From Mobula hypostoma (lineage: Eukaryota), in the NCBI RefSeq assembly GCF_963921235.1, contig NC_086097.1:213096001-213160000 (forward strand): a DNA stretch of 64,000 nucleotides. The letters run 5' to 3'. A model generated the notes under the pieces. It worked only from the letters and a program-made list of their open reading frames with translations, searched no databases and had not been told where the DNA came from. Position 1 is the first letter of the stretch. Every line of letters begins with the position of its first letter. Made by a program: the position numbers and the translations under genes. Shown here in pieces: positions 39,401 through 49,838 of this stretch.

Positions 39401-40380
39401 TGCCAGATCCATCTCATAACCCCTTTGCTCTCCTGATTTCCCTCCTAAGAGTATTCTTTATCTTTTTATAGTCGTCAAGGGATTCATTTGTCCCCAATCT
39501 CCTATACCCAATGTATACTTCCTACATTTTTCTTAACCACAGCCTCAAGATCTCTCATCAGCCAAGGTTTCCTAAACTTGCAGGTTTATGCTTCAGCCTA
39601 ACAAAAGTGTTCTGCTCCTGGACCCTTGATATCACATTCTTAAAATCCTTCACTTGCTATTCATTCATTTCCCTTCAAACAGGCAACGCCTTATCAATTT
39701 TTCCTAGATCATGCCTAATTCCACCAAAATTAGCCCTGTGCCATTTTAGTACCCCTAACCTGTGCACCTGTCCTATTCTTTTCTATCACTATCTTAAAAG
39801 TAATGAATTATGGTTACTAGAGCCAAAGTGCTCTCTAACTACAACTTCAGTTACCCAACAGAAGGTCCAGTGTTGTACCCTCTTGAGAAGGGTCCACTAT
39901 AGGAAATTGTACTGGACATATTTCACAAATTTCATTCTGTCCTTAACGCTCTAGGTGATCCAGTCAGTGCCAGGAAATTAAAATGTCCCATTAATACAAT
40001 CCTAATATTGTTACAACAATGAGCAACTTCTCTACACACCTGCTGCAGTTTACTTTGATTATTGTGGGGTCTTTAATACAACCCCATTAGAATGATTCTC
40101 CCCTTTTTGTTTCCAGATTCTACCTATGTAGCTTCACTGGATGACTTCTCATAAAGTAATCTTTTTGAGTGCGGCTGTTATGACCTTCCTTATCAAAAGA
40201 ACAACCACTCTTCACGTATCTGTACCTCAGTTACATCTGTAGCATTTGTATACTTGAACACTGAGCTGCCAGTACTGCTCTTCTCTCAACCATGGTTCCA
40301 TTAGAGCTCTACATCCCAGTCCTCAGAACTAACTCATACTCTGAGTTCATCTGTTAAACCTCTTTCTGCCTATACTGTGG
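36478..40380 (-). mobile_element. Long, heavily degraded CR1 interrupted at about 37317-38310
   Basis: The 3' tail lies near 36480. ORF 38673 encodes W.VANVV.LFKG…PGNYK..SL.SVVG..LE.ILRD, and endonuclease-region remnants continue to about 40300. Confidence 0.75.
37317..38310. mobile_element. LTR-like, purine-skewed insertion with internal tandem repeats
   Basis: Starts TGTCAT and interrupts a CR1. It contains a ~125-bp near-tandem duplication (about 37482-37590 / 37614-37720) and shorter ACAGAGCCTTGG repeats. No coding domain is recognisable. Confidence 0.45.
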
Positions 40381-40789
40381 CCTAGGCAATTCAGATTAGT
40401 AAACTTGCCCTCACTTGCTGCTGTTTCATTCATTTCAGTTATTAAGCTATTGCTCAAATAGGCCCTTCCAGCTCTTTGAGCTGCACGTCTCAGCAACACC
40501 GCCTCCCCCATTTAACCCTAGGCTAACAATGGGACAATTTATAACCTACTAACCCTCTGGACTAAGGGAGGAAACCAGAGCAGTCACAGGGAGAACGTAC
40601 AAACTCCTTACAGACAGCAATAGGATCCCATGACTTGCTCCTGATTAGAGTCCCATCCCCCCAATCCCTCCCATCATTCCCTACAAAGATATTGGTTCCC
40701 CTCAGGTTCAAGTGAACATATGTCCTCTTGTGGTGGTTATCTCTCGGGGTCTGAGGAAGACTGAACATTGTGCAGTCATCTGTGGATAC

Positions 40790-40825
40790 AGTCCTGACGA
40801 AGGGTCTCGGCCTGAAACGTCGACT
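40790..40825 (+). ncRNA. Minimal hammerhead ribozyme motif in a short insertion 40791-40887 with a 10-bp TSD
   Basis: Same canonical motif. The TSD TGTGGATACA lies at 40781-40790 and 40888-40897. Confidence 0.8.
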
Positions 40826-41004
40826 GCACCTCTTCCTACAGATGCTGTTTGGCCTGCTGTGTTCACCAGCAACTTTGATGTGTGTTGTGTGGATACACAT
40901 GTGGCTTTGGAGGCCAAAGGCCGAAGCACACATGCGGTTGCGGGTTGGACATAGAATGGCGGTTGTTAGAACAGGTGCATACACAGCTTTGTGGCGTTGG
41001 TCTC

Positions 41005-41706
41005 AAGCATGCAGGTACAGCAGGCAGTGAAGAAAGCTAATGGCATGCTGGCCTTCATAACAAGGGGAATTGTGTATAGGAGCAAAGAGGTCCTTCTGCA
41101 GCTGTACAGGACCCTGGTGAGACCACACCTGGAGTATTGTGTGCAGTTTTGGTCTCCAAATTTGAGGAAGGACATTCTTGCTATTGAGCGAGTGCAGCAT
41201 AGGTTCACAAGGTTAATTCCCGGGATGGCGGGACTGTCATATGTTGAACGAATGGAGCGACTGGGCTTGTATACACTGGAATTTAGAAGGCTGAGAGGGG
41301 ATCTGATTGAAACATATAAGATCATTAAGGGATTGGACATGCTGGAGGCAGGAAGCATGTTCCCGCTGATGGGTGAGTCCAGAACCAGAGGCCACAGTTT
41401 AAGAATTAGGGGTAAGCCACTTAGAACGGAGTTGAGAAAAAACTTTTTCACTCAGAGAAAGAACTGTTTCACTCAGAGAGTGGTGGATATGTGGAATGCT
41501 CTGCCCCAGAAGGCAGCGGAGGCCAAGTCTCTGGATGCTTTCAAGAAAGAGATGGATAGAGCTCTTAAAGATAACGGAATAAAAGGTTATGGGGATAAGG
41601 AAGGAACTGGATACTGATTGTGGATGATCAGCCATGATCACAGTGAATGGCGGTGCTGGCTCGAAGGGCCGAATGGCCTATTCCTGCACCTATTGTCTAT
41701 TGTCTC
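41005..41706 (+). mobile_element. Young 5'-truncated CR1 3' end
   Basis: Open 208-aa ORF with LVRPHLEYCVQFWSP…RRLRGDLIETYKI, followed by an (ATTGTCT)n tail. Confidence 0.93.
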
Positions 41707-42096
41707 GTGCTGCTGCAAGGCACTGATTTCAGTCATCCTCAAAGTCAGATGCAGCTTTTCTGGTCAGGGCGCGTCACACAGCCCTGTCGGCTGCGGACTT
41801 CTCAAGTTGTCAAGGGTGGAGGTCTGCCCATTTGATGTACGATTTCAGATTGTCTTTCAATCTTTTTTTGGTGCGGCCCTGATTGTGGCTGCCATGCGTA
41901 AGCTCACCGTAGAGCAGCTGCAGTGAACAGTCCACCTAAACCCCAGAAGAGCTCTTAAGCGTTTAAAAACCTGAATCTCAACCCCCTGCATTAGCTCCCC
42001 AGACACAAATTCATCTAGTCCATCCTTCTATTTCTGACCTGTCTAGCACACGACACCAGGAGTAAACAACAGATAGCTACCCTTGAGGTCCTGCTT

Positions 42097-43643
42097 AGTC
42101 ATAGTCATAGTCATACTTTATTGATCCCAGGGGGAAATTGGTTTTCGTTACAGTTGCACCATAAATAATAAATAGTAATAGAACCATAAATAGTTAAATA
42201 GTAATATGTAAATTATGCCAGTAAATTATGAAATAAGTCCAGGACCAGCCTATCGGCACAGGGTGTCTGACCCTCCAAGGGAGGAGTTGTAAAGTTTGAT
42301 GGCCACAGGCAGGAATGACTTCCTATGACACTCTGTGCTGCATTTTGGAGGAATGAGTCGCTGGCTGAATGTACTCCTGTGCCCAGCCAGTACATTATGT
42401 AGTGGATGGGAGACATTGACCAAGATGGCATGCAACTTAGACAGCATCCTCTTTTCAGACACCACCGTGAGAGAGTCCAGTTCCATCCCCACGACATCAC
42501 TGGCCTTACCAATCAGTTTGTTGATTCTGTTGGTGTCTGCTACCCTCAGCCTGCTGCCTCAGCACACAACAGCAAACATGATAGCACTGGCCACTACAGA
42601 CTCGTAGAACATCCTCAGCATCATCCGGCAGATGTTAAAGGACCTCAGTCTCCTCAGGAAATAGAGACAGCTCTGACCCTTCTTGTAGACAGCCTCAGTG
42701 TTCTTTGACCAGTCCAGTTTATTGTCAATACATATCCCCAGGTATTTGTAATCCTCCACCATGTCCACACTGACCCCCTGGATGAAAACAGGGGTCACCG
42801 GTACCTTAGCTCTCTTTCGGTCTACCACCAGCTCCTTAGTCTTTTTCACATTGAGCTGCAGATAATTCTGCTCACACGATGTGACAAAGTTTCCTACCGT
42901 CGCCCTGTACTCGACCTCATCTCCCTTGCTGATGCATCCAACTATGGCAGAGTCATCAGAAAACTTCTGAAGATGACAAGACTCTGTGTACTAGTTGAAG
43001 TCCAAGGTGTAAATGGCGAAGAGAAAGGGAGACAAGACAGTCCCCTGTGGAGCCCCAGTGCTGCAGATCACTCTGTCGGACTCACAGTGTTGCAAGCACA
43101 CGTACTGTGGTCTGCCAGTCAGGTAATCAAGAATCCATGATACCAGGAAAACATCCACCTGCATCGCTGTCAGCTTCTCCCCCAGCAGAGCAGGGCGGAT
43201 GGTGTTGAACACACTGGAGAAGTCAAAAAACATGACCCTCACAGTGCTCGCTGGCTTGTCCAGGTGGGCGCAGACACGGTTCAGCAGGTAGACGATGGCA
43301 TCTTCAACTCCTAGTCGGGGCTGGTCGGCGAACTGGAGGGGATCTAAGTGTGGCCTGACCATAGGCCGGAGCAGCTCCAGAACAAGTCTCTCCAGGGTCT
43401 TCATGATGTGGGAGGTCAATGCCACCGGTCTATAGCCATTGAGGCCGCTGGGGCGCGGCGTCTTCGGCACAGGGACGAGGCAGGACGTTTTCCACAGTGC
43501 AGGAACCCTCCGGAGCCTCAGGCTCAGGTTGAATACATGGAGAAGTACTCCACATAGCTGAGGGGCACAGTCTTTGAGCACCCTGGTACTGACACCATCC
43601 GGTCCTGCAGCCTTGCTTGGGTTGAGACGTTTCAGCGGTCTTC
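42097..43643 (-). mobile_element. 5'-truncated Rex1/Babar retrotransposon (RT plus C-terminal region) inserted into a CR1 ORF1 relic (about 41930-44300)
   Basis: ORF 42991 encodes KAAGPDG…YRPVALTSHIMKTLE…FFDFSS.FNTI…GAPQGTVLSPFLF. An (AGTCAT)n tail with TTTATT lies at 42097-42122. The flanks encode esterase-type ORF1 remnants. Confidence 0.9.
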
Positions 43644-45479
43644 TAGTTATCAACTTCTTACCCAATTCCCTATACTCACTCTGCAGAACTACATCACTTC
43701 TTCTATCCATCTCATTTGTACCAAGATGTACAATGACCTCTGATTTTTAAACCTCCTGCTCATGAATATTCTGCAGCTGCTCAGAGATATCGTTGACCCT
43801 GGTACTCAAGACGCAGCACACCACCTCGCAACCACTGAATCTCCTATCTGTCCATCTCACTACTGAGTTTTCTATCACCCTGTCTGACTGCACCCTTTCC
43901 CTCAGAGCCAGTCACAGTATCAGAGGCCTGACTACTGCTGCTAGCCCCTGAAAGTATCCAAAGTAGACATGTTAGTGAGAGGAAAGGCCGTAGGCAAGCC
44001 CTGCACTTAGTGCCTACGACACTTTTTTTCCTGATGGTCTCCTACTTACCTGAAGTCTATTCCTTAGGTGTGACCGCCTCAGTGAAAGCCTCATCTGTGA
44101 AGCACTCAGCTTTCCAGATGATTCCAAAAACATCCAACTCCTGCTCCAGTTCCTTGACTCAGTCTGTCAAAAACTACAACCATGCGCATTTACCACAGCA
44201 GGGAGACCACGAGGTTCCCAATCTTTCTGTTGTCTTACAGGAGGAGCATGCCACTGCCCTGACTGGCACCCTAACTACTCTAAATCAAGTACTAAAGATC
44301 AACAGGGAAATAAAACCTTATTTATTCATACCTGTGCCTCATCACTGATGCCTGCTAAAAGATCCACTCCAATTCCAAACAGCTGGGCCTTACTCAGCCT
44401 CCTCACACTGAAGCCCTCAGCCTAAACCTCAGCTCCTCACGCCTACACTGGTTCACTCACACTAGCCACTCCAAGAGATCTGTTCCACTTGACCCTACCT
44501 TTTTTATTGGCTACTGTTAATTAGCCAAACAAATGTTAACAATAATTAGCAAGGTGCCAATTTTAAATTCCTGTAGAGTGAAACTCAGAAGCAAACTAGG
44601 CATGCCACAGTTAGCAATGGTTTATCGGGTTAACATAAGAGGACAAAGCTGGTCACCCAACATTAGCAACATTAGTTGTGTGCTGAGAGCACGGTACTTA
44701 TAAGGCCTTCAGTTTTGGGTGGATGGGAAATGAACAGGCACAAAATCTTGGGTTGTACAATGTGAATTGAGGTCCCAGTGTATCCCCTTTCTGTCAGTCC
44801 TCCATGGTTTTTCTCTTTGCCTGTGGTTAACTTGGGCCTTCAGGTAAAGATCAAAATGCAGAGTGTGTGTTTATCAGTGGCACAGGAAGTCCAGCAGTAT
44901 ATGCACATCAGATATTACGGATTCCTTCTTTCTACACAAATGGTTGAAAAGACCCAGTGACAGGTCATACAAGTGCTTCTGCTTATGTTCCAAAATTTCA
45001 GGTGACTATTTAGAAATGATTATCAGACAAAGTATCAGTATTCAAGCCTGAAATAGTTGCTATCATTTTAGCCGTGAAATGAGTCAAAGAAGTATGCATT
45101 GACTATGTAGTTCTGTGCTCTGATTCGTTCTCGGTTTTATTATCTATTAAAATGGGTACTTCAAATTGTGGGCCAAGCATTCTTATTAAGATTGGACAGC
45201 ATCTATTGAGGCTGCAGGGTCTAGGCCTGTGTATACACTTCAAATGGCCTCCTGCCCATGTTGGTCTTGTGTATTTAATATTTCAGCAATACTGTAAATA
45301 TATTGTTCGATTAAGCATTCTTTTTCATTTAAACAATTCCTTATGGGAATTGCATAGCTGAATTGCATACACAATGGCTCTACCATGTGATAGGTGCTCA
45401 CCTGGCTTTAAGTAAGACTCTCTTTCCTGGCTCTCTTGTTCTTCTTCTATTTAGTTTAATGTTTTGGAGTTAGAAAACT

Positions 45480-46370
45480 TAACAGCTGGTGTTGAAGGAA
45501 ATGATGTGGCAGACATTCTTGCCAAGCGATCACTTAAAATTAAAGATATAAATGTAGTAGTGCCTTTGCATAAGGGGTAGATGAAGGCCATAATTTAAAA
45601 GTCTATTCAAGCACTGTGGGAATGAAGTTCTGATAAAGAAAAGAAAGGATGTCATTTATATAAAATTCAGAGGTCGGCGGGAACTCAGCTGGGAGGTGGA
45701 AAAGGAGGGAAGAAGTTATACTTAATGTGTTTACATATTGGACATACTACACCCATCCAACATCCTCTTTGACTTTCTACCATCCGGCAGCACATTACAA
45801 TGCATAAAAACAACAATGGTCAGGATGAGAAACAGTTTCTTCCCACAGGTCATGTGCCTTCCCTAACACATCGTACTTGAAGTGTCATGGTTAAACTGTT
45901 CCAGTACAATATTTAAGATTAATGCACTTTAGTTTGTTATTTATGTGTGATTCATCTGTAGATTTTATCCTTACCTTCATGAGTTAGCATGTGTTATGTG
46001 TACTACCGTGTTTTATACCCTGGTTCAAAGAAATCTTGTCTTGTTTCTATATACATTATATCGTTATATACATGTATATAGTTAAATGACAACAAACTTG
46101 ACTTACTCGATTGAATAATTCCTTGTTCAGAATTAAGATGCATGATCCGGGTATTTGTGGACTTGTCAACAAACAGTGCAGCATATACTATTTGAATACA
46201 GTTCCTATGAGGTGCAAAGGAAACATCTAATTGCTAAATTAAGATCTTTAAGACAGACTCAGTTTAACATGGAAAGTTTGTTAGAATATCACTGTTATCG
46301 TAATGAATATAAGAGTATTTGCTTTTCTGAAAAGCATTAGACTTTTTGATACTATTTGAGTCTTTTGGGG
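45480..46370 (+). mobile_element. Degraded RNase H-containing non-LTR element (I/Nimb-like) 3' fragment, interrupted by a Rex1/Babar tail (about 45750-46110)
   Basis: Remnants GVEGNDVADILAK (RNase H C-terminal motif), KG.HLYKIQ, L.IGHT and TVQHILFE. Confidence 0.55.
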
Positions 46371-46676
46371 GGAGATTTAGTAGATATACTTTCTGTCTCT
46401 TTGCTCCACACGCCAACTCAGTAGTAATGCACCTTATGTTCGTTTGTCACCCACCATAAAACTTTACAAGAACTCACAGGCAACCCCAGAGATCTTCACT
46501 CCCAGCCATGGCTCCTATAAAGCAAAGCTCCTAGATTGCAAAGGTTTGCAAATACATAAATAAACTTCTATATACTAGACCAACATATATTTATGATTAC
46601 ACATTTAATGAAATATGTTAGTAGTGGAAATAGTTTAGGATTACCTGAAGCTGACTCAGGTTATTATTGTTGTTTC

Positions 46677-46811
46677 TTATTGGAATGCAGCTCTGATGAT
46701 TCGGTCACTGAGCGGCTGGGTTGGCCTAAAGTTGTCTCCTAAAATCCCATCACATCCTTCAGGTAGTTCTGCTCCCTTTATGTGGGAACGGACCCTTCTA
46801 AACTCTTCTAT
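46677..46811 (-). CDS. CA8: CA8 last coding exon ([44 protein letters not shown]); the exon continues as UTR to 46645
   Basis: The 44-aa translation is nearly identical to the recalled CA8 C-terminus (…[26 protein letters not shown]). Acceptor is ttattctag, TAA lies at 46677-46679, and a donor CAG|GTAATC lies at 46645/46644. Confidence 0.97.
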   Translation of the reverse strand: MEEFRRVRSHIKGAELPEGCDGILGDNFRPTQPLSDRIIRAAFQ

Positions 46812-47314
46812 CTAGAATAAAATATTAAATCAGATTCACAAGTAAGCAAATTTCAAAATATATAATAAATAATCATTTTAAGCATTTGATACCTTTATAT
46901 AAATGGCATAATCTGATTTTGTATGCCAATGATTACTACATCCATATCTTGCGTATCTTGTGCCTCTGCAGCGCTATAGTGACAAGCTACTGTAAGTTGT
47001 TCAGGATGTGCAAATATAATCAATGCAAACTTTGTCAATATCTGACCTTGTACCACAAATGCTGTTTCAGCATTAAGCCTTCCATTGACTTGATTATTCA
47101 TGGAAACAGCAAAGAATCATGGGATAGGAGGCCATCAGAACCATCATGTCTAAGTCAGTTTCAAAATCATTTTTCCAATATAACCGCATTAGGCAGCTTT
47201 TGGTGTGCAGCCTCGTAGACTACATAGGATGCCCATCCTAGAAACGAGCTATCGGCTCAACTAGTCCACTCAACCTTCCTGCCATATTTCCCCATCCTAA
47301 TCTACAGCATAACT

Positions 47315-47990
47315 GGAGGAGGAGAAGATGGCGGCGTGACGCAGCGCGCAGCAGCCACTCTGGTGAATGATATCTGTAATCTGTCAAGTAGGGTGCTGTG
47401 CACAAGCCTGATTTGATGGAGACAGACGTGACAGAATGGAGGAACATCTGGTGAAACTTCTGAAATGCCTTTTTTGCTGCCGCTGCTACTGTGTGATCCA
47501 GAGTCTCCGGAGGAGAAGGCCCCGAGTCCTCGGCTTTACTTGTTGCATGGCAGCTGGGGCAGGGTCGAGGCGCTCAACAGAAATGGTGCTCGGTGCTCGG
47601 TGTCGGAGAGCTGGTCAGAGGCTTGAAGTTTTCGGACGGACTCAGAGTCGGCTGTGGTCAGGTGCTTCCAGGGTTGCAGTTGTCGGCGCCTGGAGGTTTA
47701 TGACAGGGAGAGTTTCTCCCTTTTGCCGCCTGCTATCGGGGACAATCGGGAGTTGATCGGAACTTTGAGACTTTTTTTTACTGTTCCCATGGTCTGCTCT
47801 TTATCAAATTATGGTATTGCTTTGCACTGCTATAACTATATGTTATAATTATGTGGTCTTGTCAGTGTTATTCTTTGGTTTGTCCTGTTATTTTTGTCAT
47901 ATCACTCTGGAGGAACATTGTATCATTTCTTAATGCATGCATTTCTAAATGACAATAAACGAGGACTGAGTGTCCTCATAATCTAATAAC
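47315..47990 (+). mobile_element. ~680-bp non-autonomous LINE-derived element, copy 1
   Basis: Has an AAGATGGCGGC head, a CpG-rich 5' half, and AATAAA plus an (AATCT)n tail. It is collinear with 54726-55403. Confidence 0.8.
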
Positions 47991-49424
47991 TCTCATTTCT
48001 CTTCCCCATCATGTGTTTGCCCAGATACTCCTTACCATATTGACAGTGCTCACTTCAACTACTCCATGACAGCCAATTCTCACCTCTGAGATAAAAACAA
48101 ATTTCTTCCAAATTTTCCATCAGATTTCCTTGTGCCTATCTTACAATGATGGTCTCTTGACTTACTCTTCCATATAAGTGGAAACATCTTCACTGCATTC
48201 ACTCAAACAAAAATCTTTATGGTTATAAGAGTTTAGTCAGAACACCCCTCAGCTTACTTTTCTTTATAGTAAAGACATACTATCTGTTCATCCTTGCATA
48301 ATATGGTAATCAGAAGTGTAACTAAATAATGGTTGAACATAACTTCCCTTCTTTTTAAACTGACCTCTCTAGAAATAAGCCCTAGCACTTAGTTTGATTA
48401 TTTGTTTATGGCCTCGCTATCCTAGGCGCAATTTCGAGGTATTGGTAAATTTGTACAGAGCTGCTTTTGTTCCTCATTCTCAAATAGACTCCCACCTGCT
48501 AGGCCATCTGATAATAGGCCACAGGCCTGTTATGCTAATTCTGGTTCTTCCTTGCTGATGCTGCCTGAGCATCTTCAACATGTTAATTTATATGGACAGT
48601 GTATATAATAGCATAAGTAGCCCCATAACTTCCAACAATTTCTATCCAAAAAGTCTGGAATTTTTTTAAGTTAAAAGTAAAACTAAAACAATCCATTTTC
48701 ATAACAAGGTTAGGAAGAGGGCAACTGTTGAAATAATATTTACATATCTTTAAGGTGTCAGTTAGAAATAGGTCAAAAGTGGAAAGGTCTCGGGACTCAA
48801 TATAGAATTAGGGCACACATTTAAACCAGCAGAGGTCCTAAAAGATCTTATAATCATGAATAAAGCTATCAACTATTTTCAATGTTGTATTTTAACACTC
48901 TTCATTATCTACAAGAGGCTAGCACCAGTTTGAGAATGCGAACCTGCACCTTTAACAAGAGGTACATTGTGCAAATAGCATTGAAGGCATTCCATAGCTG
49001 GAGAATGCTGGGACAGAAGATGGCTGACCAAGGCAGCATCATTTATTTCCATGATTTAGTGCCACTGATGTGACTCCCTTGCTAAGCCATTTCAAAGGGA
49101 AATTAACAGCAAGGAAACTGATGTGATAAAGAGGCCCAACTGGGGCAAGGTCAGATTTCTTTCTGTGAAGGGAATTGTTGGGTTGTTAAGATAACCCTGT
49201 AGTTTCAAAATCACTATAACAAATACTATTCTCTTCCAGGTCAGTTATTAACTGAATTCAGAAGGTGGAATTTGAACTTGGGTTCTTGCAACATTAGCTC
49301 AGGCCTACGGATTACTAGTCCTTTTCTGTAGCACTGTGTACCATACCCCATGGATTGCTTCTTTCAAAACAAAGAGGATTTGGTACCAGACCTTTCAAAT
49401 CCCTTACTCACTCTTCCTTCAGTT

Positions 49425-49460
49425 AGTCCTGACGAAGGGTCTCGGCCTGAAACGTCGACT
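49425..49460 (+). ncRNA. Minimal hammerhead ribozyme motif in a 133-bp insertion 49392-49524 with a 17-bp TSD
   Basis: Same motif. The TSD AGGATTTGGTACCAGAC lies at 49375-49391 and 49525-49541, and the paralogous site near 53844-53860 is empty. Confidence 0.82.
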
Positions 49461-49736
49461 GCGCCTCTTCCTATAGATGCTGCCTGGCCTGCTGCGTTCA
49501 CCAGCAACTTTGATGTGTGTTGCTAGGATTTGGTACCAGACAGGACATTTAAAAAGGACAGAGACAACATGAATATACAAATTTATTGCCAAAGTACAAA
49601 TATGTCACCATATATTACCCTGAGATTCATTTACTTGCAGACATTCACAGCAAAACAGAGAAACTATAGACAAACAACACACATCAAAGTTGCTGGTGAA
49701 CGCAGCAGGCCAGGCAGCATCTCTAGGAAGAGGTAC

Positions 49737-49772
49737 AGTCGACGTTTCAGGCCGAGACCCTTCGTCAGGACT
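49737..49772 (-). ncRNA. Minimal hammerhead ribozyme motif, sense to the CA8 pre-mRNA
   Basis: Reverse complement gives the canonical agtc-CTGACGA…GAAAC-GTC-gact. Confidence 0.8.
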
Positions 49773-49838
49773 AATGCTGGTTCAGGAACCTGATGGTTGA
49801 AGGGTAATAACTTTTCCTGAATCTGGTGGTGTGGAATC

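Larger units (their letters stand above)
40715..41925 (-). mobile_element. RTE-clade LINE 3' fragment, split by later CR1 and Penelope-derived insertions
   Basis: Minus-strand translation gives QLLYGELTHGSHNQGRTKKRLKDNLK…AADRAV*R at about 41760-41920. A degenerate C2H2 finger CPTRNRMCASAFGLQSHMCIH lies at about 40890-40955. Confidence 0.75.
48239..49838 (+). repeat. Direct repeat copy 1 (1.45 kb plus a 150-bp later insertion)
   Basis: Matches 52707-54157; the duplicated ORF translations at 48882 and 53351 are identical. Confidence 0.97.

Noticed and set aside
42991..43710. 239-aa ORF as a novel esterase-RT fusion
   Set aside because: It is a chance read-through from a CR1 ORF1 relic into a 5'-truncated Rex1/Babar insertion.
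46886..47218. Cys/Tyr-rich 110-aa ORF next to the CA8 exon
   Set aside because: It has no recognisable domain or splice signals and lies antisense within an intron; likely spurious.
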